64,000 bases of DNA from an uncultured bacterium (GTDB taxonomy: Bacteria; Krumholzibacteriota; Krumholzibacteriia; JACNKJ01), in NCBI GenBank assembly GCA_963695095.1, contig CAVOFT010000001.1, forward strand, positions 1,536,001-1,600,000. Reading direction: 5' to 3'. The position numbers were made by a program, and so were the translations under genes. The notes under the pieces are model-generated. The model saw only the letters and a program-made list of their open reading frames with translations. It did no database searches and was not told where the DNA came from. This document shows positions 18,521 through 28,971 of this stretch, piece by piece. How positions within the stretch are numbered: position 1 is the first letter of the stretch; every line of letters begins with the position of its first letter.

Positions 18521-19807
18521 ATGCGCCGTCGCCCGCTCGCCCTCCTGGCCGGTCTCGCCCTCGCAGCGGGCCTGGGCGACTGCGGCGCGCGCCGCGACGA
18601 AAACGTGATCACCTTCTGGCACGCCATGGGCCGCTGGTCGCCGGCCCTGACGGCGATGATCGAGGACTACAACGCCCTCCATCCCGAGCTGCCCGTGCGC
18701 GCCTACGACATGAGCCGCTACCAGGCCCTCAGCCAGAAGATCATCGCGGCGGTGGCGGCCGGCCAGCCGCCCACGATCACCCAGGCCTACGAGGCCTGGA
18801 CCGCCGAGATGATCGCGGCGGGCATCATCGAGTGCCTCGAGCCCTATGCCGCGGGCGAACGGGGCGCGTCGCCGCTGACGGCGGCGGACCTCGCCGATTT
18901 CCGCCCCGTCTTTCTCGATGAATGCCGCTACGAGGGCCGGCTCTGGTCCTTCCCCTTCAACAAGAGCGTGCGCACGCTCTTCTACAACCGCGACCTCTTC
19001 GCGGCCGTGGGCCTGGATCCGGAGCGGCCGCCGGCGACCTGGGAGGAGTGGCGCGACGACAGCGCCCTGCTCACGGCGGATCTCGACGGCGACGGCCGCC
19101 CCGACCGCTGGGGCACCACTGCGCGCGCCTCGGTCACCATCTTCGGCAGCCTGCTGCTGGCCAACGGCGGCGACTTCTTCGCTCCCGACGGCAAACGCTG
19201 CACGATCGCCGAACCCGAGGGCGTCGAAGCCCTGGAGTTCATGGCCGAGCTGCTGGGCACCCGGCGCCTGGGTTACGCCACCTTCGACTACGCCTATCAG
19301 AACGAGTTCAAGGCCGGCCGCGTCGGCATCATGGAGGGCTCGAGCGTCTCGCTCTCCTTCTTGCGTGGCGCGATCGACTTTTCGCTCGGCGTGGCGCCTC
19401 TGCCGGGGCGCAAGCGGCAGGCCGCGCTCATCCAGGGTACGAACCTGGTGGTCTTCGCCAAGGCCAGCGAGGCACAGAAGCGCGGCGCCTGGCAGTTCAT
19501 CCGCTTCCTCACCGATACGGCGAATGCGACGCGCTGGTCCCTGGCCAGCGGTTACGCGCCCCTGCGCAAGAGCTGCCTCGAGCAGCCCGAGATGCAGGAG
19601 CTGCTGGCGGCGACGCCCGGGCTGGCGGCCACCTACGCCCAGCTCGACCACGCCTTCAACGAACCGCGCAACGCGGCCTGGTTCGCCGGGCGCAAGTACC
19701 TGGAGGAGGGAGCGATCCAGCAGGTGATGCGCGGCACCGCGAGCCCCGGCGACGCGCTGCGCCACACCGCGCGCAAGATCGACGCCGAGATCGCCGCCGA
19801 GTTCTGA
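18521..19807 (+). CDS. Carbohydrate ABC transporter substrate-binding protein (UgpB-like, probable lipoprotein)
   Basis: AGGAG RBS; ITFWHAM, PFNKSVRTLFYNRDLF, PPATWEE, SGYAP motifs. Confidence 0.9.
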   Translation: MRRRPLALLAGLALAAGLGDCGARRDENVITFWHAMGRWSPALTAMIEDYNALHPELPVRAYDMSRYQALSQKIIAAVAAGQPPTITQAYEAWTAEMIAAGIIECLEPYAAGERGASPLTAADLADFRPVFLDECRYEGRLWSFPFNKSVRTLFYNRDLFAAVGLDPERPPATWEEWRDDSALLTADLDGDGRPDRWGTTARASVTIFGSLLLANGGDFFAPDGKRCTIAEPEGVEALEFMAELLGTRRLGYATFDYAYQNEFKAGRVGIMEGSSVSLSFLRGAIDFSLGVAPLPGRKRQAALIQGTNLVVFAKASEAQKRGAWQFIRFLTDTANATRWSLASGYAPLRKSCLEQPEMQELLAATPGLAATYAQLDHAFNEPRNAAWFAGRKYLEEGAIQQVMRGTASPGDALRHTARKIDAEIAAEF

Positions 19808-19898
19808 GCCCCTGAGCCAGCTGTTTACAGACGGGCGCGCAGGCGCTACAAGAGGAGCTTCGAGCCGGCCCTGCGCCGGCCATGCCAAGGAGAGCAGA

Positions 19899-20273
19899 AT
19901 GAGCAAGCAGGAGTGGGATCGCCGCAGCTTCTTGAAGCAGCTGGGCCTCGCGGCCGGCTTCGGTCTCGGCGCGCAGGTCCTGGCGGGCTGCGGCGCCAAG
20001 CAGCAGGATCCCTGCAGCGACATCAGCGGGCTCAGTGCCCAGGATCGGCAGACCCGCATCACCTATGGCTACCGCAGCGAGACGCTCATCGAGGCGAAGC
20101 GCTGCGACAACTGCGCTTTCTGGGTAGCAGCGACCGCCGGACCCTGCGGCAGCTGCACCCTGGTCAAGGGGCCGATCGCGGCCGCCGGCTACTGCAACAG
20201 CTGGGCGGCGCCGGTGCCCGCGGGCGAAGCCGCGCCGGTGGACAGCAGCGCAGGGTCGGTGGAGCAGAGCTAG
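19899..20273 (+). CDS. High-potential iron-sulfur protein (HiPIP), Tat-exported lipoprotein
   Basis: Twin-arginine DRRSFLK, lipobox LAGC, HiPIP Cys pattern CDNCAFW...CTLVKGPIAAAGYCNSW. Confidence 0.85.
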   Translation: MSKQEWDRRSFLKQLGLAAGFGLGAQVLAGCGAKQQDPCSDISGLSAQDRQTRITYGYRSETLIEAKRCDNCAFWVAATAGPCGSCTLVKGPIAAAGYCNSWAAPVPAGEAAPVDSSAGSVEQS

Positions 20274-20283
20274 CGCGGAGTCG

Positions 20284-20308
20284 GGAACCCCCCGGCGGAC
20301 GCTGCGTT
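20284..20308 (+). promoter_or_regulatory. Possible ECF-sigma promoter upstream of the aminopeptidase
   Basis: GGAAC-N16-CGTT; the element GACGCTGCGT recurs 60 nt downstream. Confidence 0.4.
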
Positions 20309-20420
20309 CGACGGGACCTTGCCCATCTCCCTGCCGCGAAGGTCGACCCCGCGGACCGACGCTGCGTCTGGCGTCCAGCCGGCGCCATGACCGCAGCGGC
20401 GGCTTGCGCAAGGAGTAGCG

Positions 20421-21665
<1,245 letters not shown>

Positions 21666-21681
21666 AGCCGCGACGGAAAGG

Positions 21682-22701
21682 ATGACGATGACGCTACTTC
21701 GCGGCGGCCTGCCCGCCCTCCTGGCCCTGCTCTTGCCCGCCGTCGCCGCCGCGGCGCCGCGCCTGGCGCTGTCGGTGAGCAGCATCGACTTCGGCCGCAT
21801 GCCCCAGCACCAGCTCTTCACGCGCGAGGTCCTCATCAGCAATCGCGGCGACGCGGAGCTGTTCCTGAGCGAGGTCTACACCTCCTGCTCCTGCACCGAG
21901 CTGGTGCTGGCCGCCGAGCGCGTGCCGCCGGGCGGGCAGACCCGGCTCACCGTCAACTTCCACAGCCGCGACCTCTCGGGGGAGAACAACAAGACCATCG
22001 AGATCAGCTCGAACGACCCGGAACGGCCGCTGGTGGAGATCCCGGTGCTCGCCTTCGTGGCGGCGCCCATCCTCGTCGAGCCCGCCGATCGCAACCTCGA
22101 CTTCGGCAAGGTCCACCGCGGGGAGCTGCCGCGTCTGGAGGCGGCGATCCGCGTGGACGGCCGCCCCAGCCTGGGCCTCACCCTGGGCCCGGTCGATGCC
22201 AAGCGCTTCGAGGTCAAGCTGGAGCGCGGCGCCGGCGCCGATCGGCAGCGCCTCGTCGTCGGCCTCAAGGCGGACGCCATCGCGGGACCCTTTCGCCAGG
22301 TGCTGCGCCTGGCCACCGACGACCCGCGCATGCCCAGCCTGGACTTCACCCTGAGCGGCACGGTGCTGGGCGATCTCGAGACCGCGCCCGATCGCCTCAA
22401 CTTCCGCTACGTGACGCCGGGCCAGGCCCTGAGCAAGGAGATCCTCGTCAAGACCAAGTCGCCGGGCTTCGCCTTCCGCGTCACCGATGCCAAGGTCGAC
22501 CTGCCCGGCCTGGCCGTCCAGGTGCTCGCCGACGGTAGCGGCGGCGAGGCCAGGCTGCGCGTGACGGGCAAGGCCGTGGCGGCCGACGACTCGCTGGCCC
22601 TGGCCGGCCAGGGCCGCGTCAAGGGCGGCCTGCGCATCTTCACCAACCGGGCCGAGGAGCCTGAGCTGCTCGTGGACCTGCTCTACATCCTGCGCGAGTG
22701 A
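21682..22701 (+). CDS. Secreted DUF1573-like Ig-domain protein
   Basis: Signal peptide; IDFG...NRGDAEL...TSCSCT...PGG...SND pattern and repeated Ig-like units. Confidence 0.75.
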   Translation: MTMTLLRGGLPALLALLLPAVAAAAPRLALSVSSIDFGRMPQHQLFTREVLISNRGDAELFLSEVYTSCSCTELVLAAERVPPGGQTRLTVNFHSRDLSGENNKTIEISSNDPERPLVEIPVLAFVAAPILVEPADRNLDFGKVHRGELPRLEAAIRVDGRPSLGLTLGPVDAKRFEVKLERGAGADRQRLVVGLKADAIAGPFRQVLRLATDDPRMPSLDFTLSGTVLGDLETAPDRLNFRYVTPGQALSKEILVKTKSPGFAFRVTDAKVDLPGLAVQVLADGSGGEARLRVTGKAVAADDSLALAGQGRVKGGLRIFTNRAEEPELLVDLLYILRE

Positions 22702-22709
22702 GGGGAGCC

Positions 22710-23210
22710 ATGCGGCAAGGGGAAGTGGGGGGAGGCGACTGCCGTCGCCTGCTGGCCGAGGCGGGCCTCGTTCTGGCGATCGCCCTGGCGGCGGCGCTCG
22801 TCAGCTGGCTCTGGCGCACGCCGCGCCTGCCCCTGGCCGCCGAGCCGGCGGTCTACGAGTTCGAGCTGAAGCAGCCTCTCATCGCCGCGGCGACCGCGCT
22901 CGCGCACTACGAGGCGGGCAGTCACCTGTTCGTCGACACGCGCGCGGGGCTGGCCGCCGGAGCGGCCCGCATCCCCGGCGCCCTCAGCCTGCGCCCCGAG
23001 CAGTTCGCCGACGACCTGGCGGCCGTCATCGACTTCATGGCGCCCGAAGACCCGATCGTGCTCTACGGCGACCGCCTGCAGGCCACGGCGGCCGTGGCGG
23101 GACGGCTGGCCGAGCGCGGCTATCGCGAGCTCAGCCTGCTCGACGGCGGTCTGCCCGCCTGGACGGCGGCCGGCGGCCCGCTGAGCCGCAGCCGGGAGGA
23201 GGAGCGATGA
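22710..23210 (+). CDS. Membrane-anchored rhodanese-like domain protein
   Basis: LFVDTR, RIPGA, LDGGLPAW; active-site loop reads IVLYG (no Cys). Confidence 0.8.
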   Translation: MRQGEVGGGDCRRLLAEAGLVLAIALAAALVSWLWRTPRLPLAAEPAVYEFELKQPLIAAATALAHYEAGSHLFVDTRAGLAAGAARIPGALSLRPEQFADDLAAVIDFMAPEDPIVLYGDRLQATAAVAGRLAERGYRELSLLDGGLPAWTAAGGPLSRSREEER

Positions 23211-23641
23211 GCCCCCTCGCCCGCCTCAGCGCCCGACTGCCGGGCTGGTCGCTCTGGCTCCTGGCCCTGGCCGTGGCCGCCACCTTCGTTGTCGCTTCCC
23301 TGGACAAGATCGCCAACCCCGGTGACTTCGCGCAGTCGATCTACCGCTACCGGCTGCTGCCCCTGGCCCTGCTCCACCCCTTCGCGCTCGCGCTGCCCTG
23401 GCTCGAGCTGGTGGCGGGCCTGGCCGTCCTGCTGCCGCCGCTGCGCCGCGGCGCGGCCCTGCTCGCCGCCCTGATGAGCCTCATGTTCGTGGGCGCCTTG
23501 ACGCTGGCGCTCCTGCGCGGGCTGGACATCGCCTGCGGCTGCTTCAACGCGAGTGGCGGCCACGGCGTCGACCTCGGTCTCATCGGCCGCGACATCCTCC
23601 TCTTCCTCGCCTGCCTGCCCCTCATCGCCCGTCGGCGCTAG
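23207..23641 (+). CDS. MauE/DoxX-family membrane protein
   Basis: DKIANPGDF, LPWLELVAG, RGLDIACGCF, GRD motifs; ATGA overlap with the upstream gene. Confidence 0.88.
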   Translation: MSPLARLSARLPGWSLWLLALAVAATFVVASLDKIANPGDFAQSIYRYRLLPLALLHPFALALPWLELVAGLAVLLPPLRRGAALLAALMSLMFVGALTLALLRGLDIACGCFNASGGHGVDLGLIGRDILLFLACLPLIARRR

Positions 23642-23643
23642 CG

Positions 23644-23659
23644 CGGCACGGCCCTTGCC
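23644..23659 (+). promoter_or_regulatory. Sigma54-type -24/-12 promoter upstream of the lamin-tail gene
   Basis: CGGCACGGCCCTTGC, GG-N10-GC, near-consensus TGGCACG-N4-TTGC. Confidence 0.6.
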
Positions 23660-23706
23660 ATCGCCGGGACGCCCCCTCCTCCCCGCTCCACGCCGAGGAG
23701 GCACGC

Positions 23707-24360
23707 GTGCACGATTCCCGCAAGACGGCGCGGCTGGCTAGCTTGCTGGCGCCGCTGGTTCTGATTCTCTCCCTGCCGGTGGGCAGCTTCGCTCAGGTGC
23801 TGCTCAACGAGGTGCTCGCCGATCCGATCACCGATTGGTCCGGCGACGGCATCATCGACTTCAAGAACGACGAATGGATCGAGATCGCCAACGGGGGCGC
23901 CGCTCCCGTGGATCTGGCCGCCTACTGGCTCTCCGACTCGGGCGCGGACCCGGCGGTGCGCTATCGCTTCAGTGGCAGTCTGGCGCCGGGGGCGGCCCTG
24001 GCCGTCACGGGCGCCATGGCCGTGGCCTGGCAGGCGGAGACCGGAAACGGCAGCGCCGGCCTGAGTCTGAACAACTCGGGCGGCGAGGTGGCCCTCTATC
24101 GCGACGAGGGCGGCGAGGCCGTGCAGGTGGACCTGGTCGCCTACACCAGCTACCAGATGGACGACGATCGCAGCCTCGGCCGCTTTCCCAGCGGCACCGG
24201 GGAGTGGATCCTCTTCGACGGTCTCAACCTCTACCACGGCAACCAGGAGCCGGGCTCGACCGGCTGCCTGCCCACCCTCGGCCAGGCGAACGTCTGTGCG
24301 CAGGTGCCGGTGGGCGAGGCGTCCATCGGGCAGGTCAAGCAGCGCTACGGCGACAAGTAG
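23707..24360 (+). CDS. Secreted lamin-tail-domain protein with short C-terminal motif
   Basis: GAGGAGG RBS; signal peptide; LNEVLADP, DEWIEIAN, LNNSGGEV, SLGRFP; ends VPVGEASIGQVKQRYGDK. Confidence 0.82.
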   Translation: MHDSRKTARLASLLAPLVLILSLPVGSFAQVLLNEVLADPITDWSGDGIIDFKNDEWIEIANGGAAPVDLAAYWLSDSGADPAVRYRFSGSLAPGAALAVTGAMAVAWQAETGNGSAGLSLNNSGGEVALYRDEGGEAVQVDLVAYTSYQMDDDRSLGRFPSGTGEWILFDGLNLYHGNQEPGSTGCLPTLGQANVCAQVPVGEASIGQVKQRYGDK

Positions 24361-24458
24361 CGGAGCCGAGGCGGGAGGGCCGGGCGCGGGCCCGCCCTCC
24401 CGTCGCCGGTGGACCGCCTCCGGGGCCTGTGCTAGAGTCGCCGGCGGGAGGCGCCATC

Positions 24459-26168
24459 GTGACGAGTCGCCAGGTCTGCTGGGATCTCTTCCGCTGCCGG
24501 GACCGCAGCTGCCCCGTCTATGGCGATCACATCGTCGGCAGCCCGGCCCTGATGCGCGTGGACGAGGCCGAGGTGCTCGCCTGGCGCAGCGGGCAGCTCG
24601 GGCCCGTCGAGGCGCTGAGCTGCCAGTACTTCCGGCGCCTGCGCGAGCGGGGCCGGGGCCGCCGCTCCGTCGATCGCAACCTGGATCTGTTCCTGGAGCG
24701 CTCGCTCCGCCGCGCGGCCAGTTTCCAGCGGCGATTGGCCCTCTACGAGAGCGGCGGGGAGAGCGCCCACCTGGACGAGCTCAGCCTGCTCGGGCAGTTC
24801 AGCCAGCTCATTCCCAATCTCGGCTCCATTCGCGAGGTCTGCTTCGCCCTGCTCACGGTGGTGACGGCCGGCCAGGGCCTGGGCTTCAACCGCGCGATGA
24901 TGTTCTGGAAGGACCCGGAAGAGGAGCGCATCAAGGGCCACTGCGCCATCGGCCCGGGCGACGACAAGGAAGCCGACCGCATCTGGCGCGAGCTGGCCGA
25001 GCAAGAGCCCTGGCTGGACCTGCGCGAGCTGGTGCGCCGCGGCCTGGCCGGCACGCCGGAGGAGGCGCCGCTCGCGCGGCGCCTGCGGGGCCTCAGCCTC
25101 GCGGCGCAGGAGCCGGCGAGCCGTTTCAGCCGCGCGCTCTGGGAGTTGCAGGAGCTGCATGGGGAACAGCTCGAGCACGCGGCCGATCGCGGCCTCGTCG
25201 CCGCGCTGGATCTGCAGCACTTCGTCACCCTGCCCCTGGTGCGCGCCGAGCGCAGCCTGGGCTTCCTGCTCGTCGACAATCGCTACTCGGGCGTCAGCCT
25301 GGCGCCCGAGCGCATCGACGTGCTGCAGGTGTTGGTGCGCTTCGCCACGGGCATCCTCGAGAACCTGCTGCTGCGCGAGTCGCTGGAGCGCAGCCTGGCG
25401 CGCAGCCAGGCCAGCGCCGAGGTGCTGGCCGAGATCCGCCGCCGCATCAGCCGCGCCGAAAAGCTGGCGGCCAGCGGCGAGCTGTCGGCGGCGGTGGCTC
25501 ACGAGATCCGCAATCCGCTCACCGCCATCGGCGGCTTCAGCCGCCGCCTGCTCAGGAGCGCCAGCCTGGCGGCCGAGGACCGGCGAACGGTGCAGGTGAT
25601 CGCCGAGGAGGCCCTGCGCCTGGAGGAGACCCTGGGCCGCCTCCTGCACAGCGCGCAGCGGGAAGAGCTGCAGGTGCATCCGGTGGATCTCAACGCCCTC
25701 GTGCGCGACATCGAGAGCCTCCTGCGCGACCGCGTCGCCGAGGCCGGCATTCGCCTCCGCAGCGAGCTGGCGGCCGATCTGCCCCGGCTCACCCTGGACG
25801 AGCGGCGCATCAAGCAGGTGCTGCTGAACCTGGTGCAGAACGCCATCGAGGCCATCGAGGACAAGGGCGAGATCCGCCTGGAGACGGAGCGCGAGGACGA
25901 CTGGCTGCTCCTGCATGTCGTCGACAACGGCTGCGGCATGAGCGCCGAGCAGCAGAAGCGCATCTTCCGCGCCTTCTATTCCACGAAGGACGAGGGCACC
26001 GGCCTGGGACTCGCCCTTTCCCAGCGCTACGTGCGCCAGCACGGCGGCGAACTGACGGTGGAGAGCGCGCCCGGTGCCGGCACGCGCTTCTCGATCCGCC
26101 TGCCCCTGCGCGCGGGCGTGTCCGTTGCGGCGTCGCTGCTCCTCGAACGCGAGGAGTACCCGGGATGA
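24459..26168 (+). CDS. Cytoplasmic sensor histidine kinase (Cys-rich N-terminus, GAF, HisKA, HATPase)
   Basis: GGGAGG RBS before GTG; VAHEIRNPL, QVLLNLVQNA, DNGCGM, GTGLGL boxes. Confidence 0.9.
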   Translation: MTSRQVCWDLFRCRDRSCPVYGDHIVGSPALMRVDEAEVLAWRSGQLGPVEALSCQYFRRLRERGRGRRSVDRNLDLFLERSLRRAASFQRRLALYESGGESAHLDELSLLGQFSQLIPNLGSIREVCFALLTVVTAGQGLGFNRAMMFWKDPEEERIKGHCAIGPGDDKEADRIWRELAEQEPWLDLRELVRRGLAGTPEEAPLARRLRGLSLAAQEPASRFSRALWELQELHGEQLEHAADRGLVAALDLQHFVTLPLVRAERSLGFLLVDNRYSGVSLAPERIDVLQVLVRFATGILENLLLRESLERSLARSQASAEVLAEIRRRISRAEKLAASGELSAAVAHEIRNPLTAIGGFSRRLLRSASLAAEDRRTVQVIAEEALRLEETLGRLLHSAQREELQVHPVDLNALVRDIESLLRDRVAEAGIRLRSELAADLPRLTLDERRIKQVLLNLVQNAIEAIEDKGEIRLETEREDDWLLLHVVDNGCGMSAEQQKRIFRAFYSTKDEGTGLGLALSQRYVRQHGGELTVESAPGAGTRFSIRLPLRAGVSVAASLLLEREEYPG

Positions 26169-27149
26169 CCCCAGAGCTCGAGGCCCGCTGCGCCGCCGCT
26201 CGGGCGGGGGACCGCCGCGCACTGGCCCGCCTGATCTCGCTCGTCGAGGACGAGGCGCCCGCCGCCGCGGCGCTGAACGACTGGGCGCTGGCGGCCGGCG
26301 GGGGCGGCTACCGCATCGGCGTGACGGGGCCGCCGGGCGCGGGCAAGAGCAGCCTGCTGGACGGGCTCCTGCGCCGCTACCGCGCGCAGGGTCTGAAGCT
26401 CGCCGCCCTGGCCGTGGACCCCAGCAGCGCCTTCACGGGCGGCGCCCTGCTCGGCGACCGCATCCGCATGCACGAGGCGGCGCGGGACCCGGAGATCTTC
26501 ATCCGCAGCCTGGGCAGCCGCGGCTCGCTCGGCGGGCTGGCCCGCCAGACCGAGGCGGTGGCCGACCTGCTCGACGCCTGCGGCGCCGAGCGCATCTTCA
26601 TCGAGACGCTCGGCGTCGGCCAGAGCGAGCTGGACATCGTCGAGAACTGCTTCACGACGGTGGTGGTGCTCACCCCCGAGAGCGGCGACGGCATCCAGAC
26701 GATGAAGGCCGGCCTCATGGAGATCGGCGATCTCTTCGTGATCAACAAGGCCGACCGCGAGGGCGCCCCCGCCCTGGCCATGGAGCTGGAGGCCAGCCTG
26801 ATGCGCCGCGGGGAACCGTGGACGGGTTGGCGACCGCCCGTGCTCCAGTGCGTGGCGACGCAGGACCGCGGGCTCGACGAGCTGGTTGCCGCTATCGAGC
26901 AGCACTGCGACTTCCTCACCCGCGAGGGCCGCCTCGACGCTGCGCCGGCGCGCGCAGCTCGCCCGCCGCCTGCGCGCGGCCGTGGAGGCGCGCGTGAGCG
27001 CGGCGCTCTGGACGGCCGAGCGCGAGCGCGCGCTCGAGATGGGGGTCGCGCTCGTCATGGAGGGCCGCATCGGCTTCGCGGCGCAGGTGGCGGCGCTGAC
27101 GCCGGCCGACCTCGCGGCGCTCGCTGCGCCGCCAGACGGGCAGCCCTGA
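26165..27149 (+). CDS. meaB: Methylmalonyl-CoA mutase-associated GTPase MeaB/ArgK, apparent frameshift near 26940
   Basis: GVTGPPGAGKSS, AVDPSSAFTGGALLGDRIRM, ETLGVGQSE, INKAD; C-terminal helix continues in the 26886..27149 frame. Confidence 0.9.
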
Positions 27150-27222
27150 GCGCCGCTACGGGCGCGGGTCACGCAGCGTCATCTGATCCTCTCGCAGCCG
27201 CCACCGCCCCCGCGGGAGTCCC

Positions 27223-28881
27223 TTGCCCGCGTTCCCTGCCGGCCAGGTCCACCCTTTCGAGCCGGGGATCTATCGCCCCCGGCGGCCTGAGCAGAGCCTT
27301 CTGCATCGGCTGGTGCGCGAGCATCTGGAGACCTTCCTGGACCTGGCGCGGCGGGCCGACGCCGAGATCGATCCGGTTCCCGCCTTCGTCCAGCGCAGCT
27401 TTCGCAAGGTCCTCGAGTGCGGCGTCCTGGCGCACGGCTTCGCCCGTGTTCGCTGCGGCCGCTGCGGGCACGACTTTCTCGTGGCCTTCTCCTGCCGAAC
27501 GCGGGGTCTCTGCCCGAGCTGCGACACGCGCCGGATGGTCGAGACCGCGGCGGCCCTGATCGATCAGGTGCTGCCGCGCGTGCCGATTCGCCAGTGGGTG
27601 CTCTCCCTGCCCAAGCGGGTGCGCTGGTTTCTGCGCCACCGGCCCGAGACGCTGAGCCCGGTGCTCGGCATCTTCCTGCGGGCGGTCGAGACGGCGGTGC
27701 GCCAGGCCAGCCCAGAGGCGCCGGCCGGTGCCCGCTTCGGGGCGGTGGCCTTCGTCCATCACTTCGGCGCCGCGCTGAACGGCCACACCCACTTCCACTG
27801 CCTGATCACCGATGGCCTCTTCGCCGCGACACCCACAGGCGAGGCGGTCTTCTACGCGGCCGGGCCAGCGGATGTCGGCCGGGTGCAAGCGCAGGTGCGC
27901 CGGCGCGTGCTGCGCTGGCTGGCCCGCCACGGCTACCTGGAGCCGGAGGCCGTCGGCCACGATGCTCGCCTGGCGCCACAGCGGCGGCTTCTCGGTGGAC
28001 GCCTCGGTGCGCCTGGCGGCCTGGGATCGCCAGGGCCTGGAGCGCCTGGCGCGCTACTGCGCGCGGCCGAGCTTCAGCAGCGCGCGCCTGGATCGCCTGA
28101 ATGCCGAGACCGCTGGCCTACCGGCTCAGGAAGCCCCTCGCCGACGGGCGCACCTGCCTCTACCTCACGCCGCTGGAGCTGCTGGCGCGCCTGGCGGCGC
28201 TGATCCCGCCGCCCAGGCAGCATCGCACGCGCTACCACGGCGTGCTCGCTCCGCACGCGCGCCTGCGCTCGGCGGTGATCGCCACGGCGGGCCCGAGCGA
28301 GGCGCTGGCCTGCCAGCTGCGCACGGCCGCGGCGCGCATGGAGCTGGCGGGCGAAGCCGAGCCGCCGGCGCCGGAGCCGCCGCCAGTCCACGCGCACGGT
28401 GCGCTACGCCTGGGCGATGCTGCTGGCGCGCATCTACGAGGTGCTGCCCCTGGTCTGCCCGCGCTGCGGTGGCGCCATGCGGATCCTCGCCTTCGTGACG
28501 GAAGCGGCCGCGGTGCGGCGCATCCTCGAGCACGTGGGGGAGTCCGCGAGGCCCTCACCGCTGTCGCCCTCGCGGGCGCCGCCGTGGGCGGAGTTCGCAT
28601 GGGAGGGGGGAGGCGAGGACAGCGTCGACCAGCGGACGGCCTACACGCGACGAGCCCTGGTGACCGGCGCGCATCGCGCGCGGGGACGGAGTCTGCGCGC
28701 GGAGTGCCCGGCCGGGCGCAATTACCGGGGCCAGGGAAGTCGAGGGAAGCCTCCAGCTCAGGGCCACGCAGCCACTGACACCGCAGCGTGTCAGCGGCGC
28801 CCTCGAGGTGGCGCTCGCGTTGACAGGGGTGAGAGCCAAGCGCATGCTCGAAGCGGCTCGGAGAGGGCGAGCGGTCGATGA
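27223..28881 (+). pseudogene. IS91/ISCR-family transposase in four frames (shifts near 27955, 28110, 28395; true stop uncertain; may be intact in vivo)
   Basis: Zn-binding CGVLAHGFARVRCGRC...FSCRTRGLCPSC, HUH HTHFH, HSGGFSVDASV, LERLARYCARP, PPPRQHRTRYHGVLAP, WAMLLARIYEVLPLVCPRCGG. Confidence 0.88.
28820..28848 (+). promoter_or_regulatory. Outward-facing promoter candidate inside the IS right end
   Basis: TTGACA-N17-CATGCT, about 85 nt before the oriIS-like end. Confidence 0.45.
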
Positions 28882-28892
28882 AGGCGAGCCAT

Positions 28893-28935
28893 GGCCAGGC
28901 GCGCGGCCCCAAAGCGGCTTTGAAATGCCTATCCG
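28893..28935 (+). repeat. oriIS-like end, copy 1 of an imperfect 43-nt direct repeat
   Basis: GGCCAGGCGCGCGGCCCCAAAGCGGCTTTGAAATGCCTATCCG; 34/43 positions match copy 2 by hand alignment. Confidence 0.75.
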
Positions 28936-28971
28936 GGCGCTCGTGGTCGGCCCGCTGCATGCGCAACTGAG

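Larger units (their letters stand above)
27150..28934 (+). mobile_element. IS91/ISCR-family rolling-circle insertion sequence (left end not definable)
   Basis: HUH transposase gene followed by an oriIS-like terminus GCGGCTTTGAAATGCCTATCC (28914-28934); no terminal inverted repeats or target duplication seen. Confidence 0.8.

Noticed and set aside
24296..27559. Apparent 1087-aa MeaB fusion
   Set aside because: Made of an off-frame read of the kinase plus read-through caused by the frameshift near 26940.
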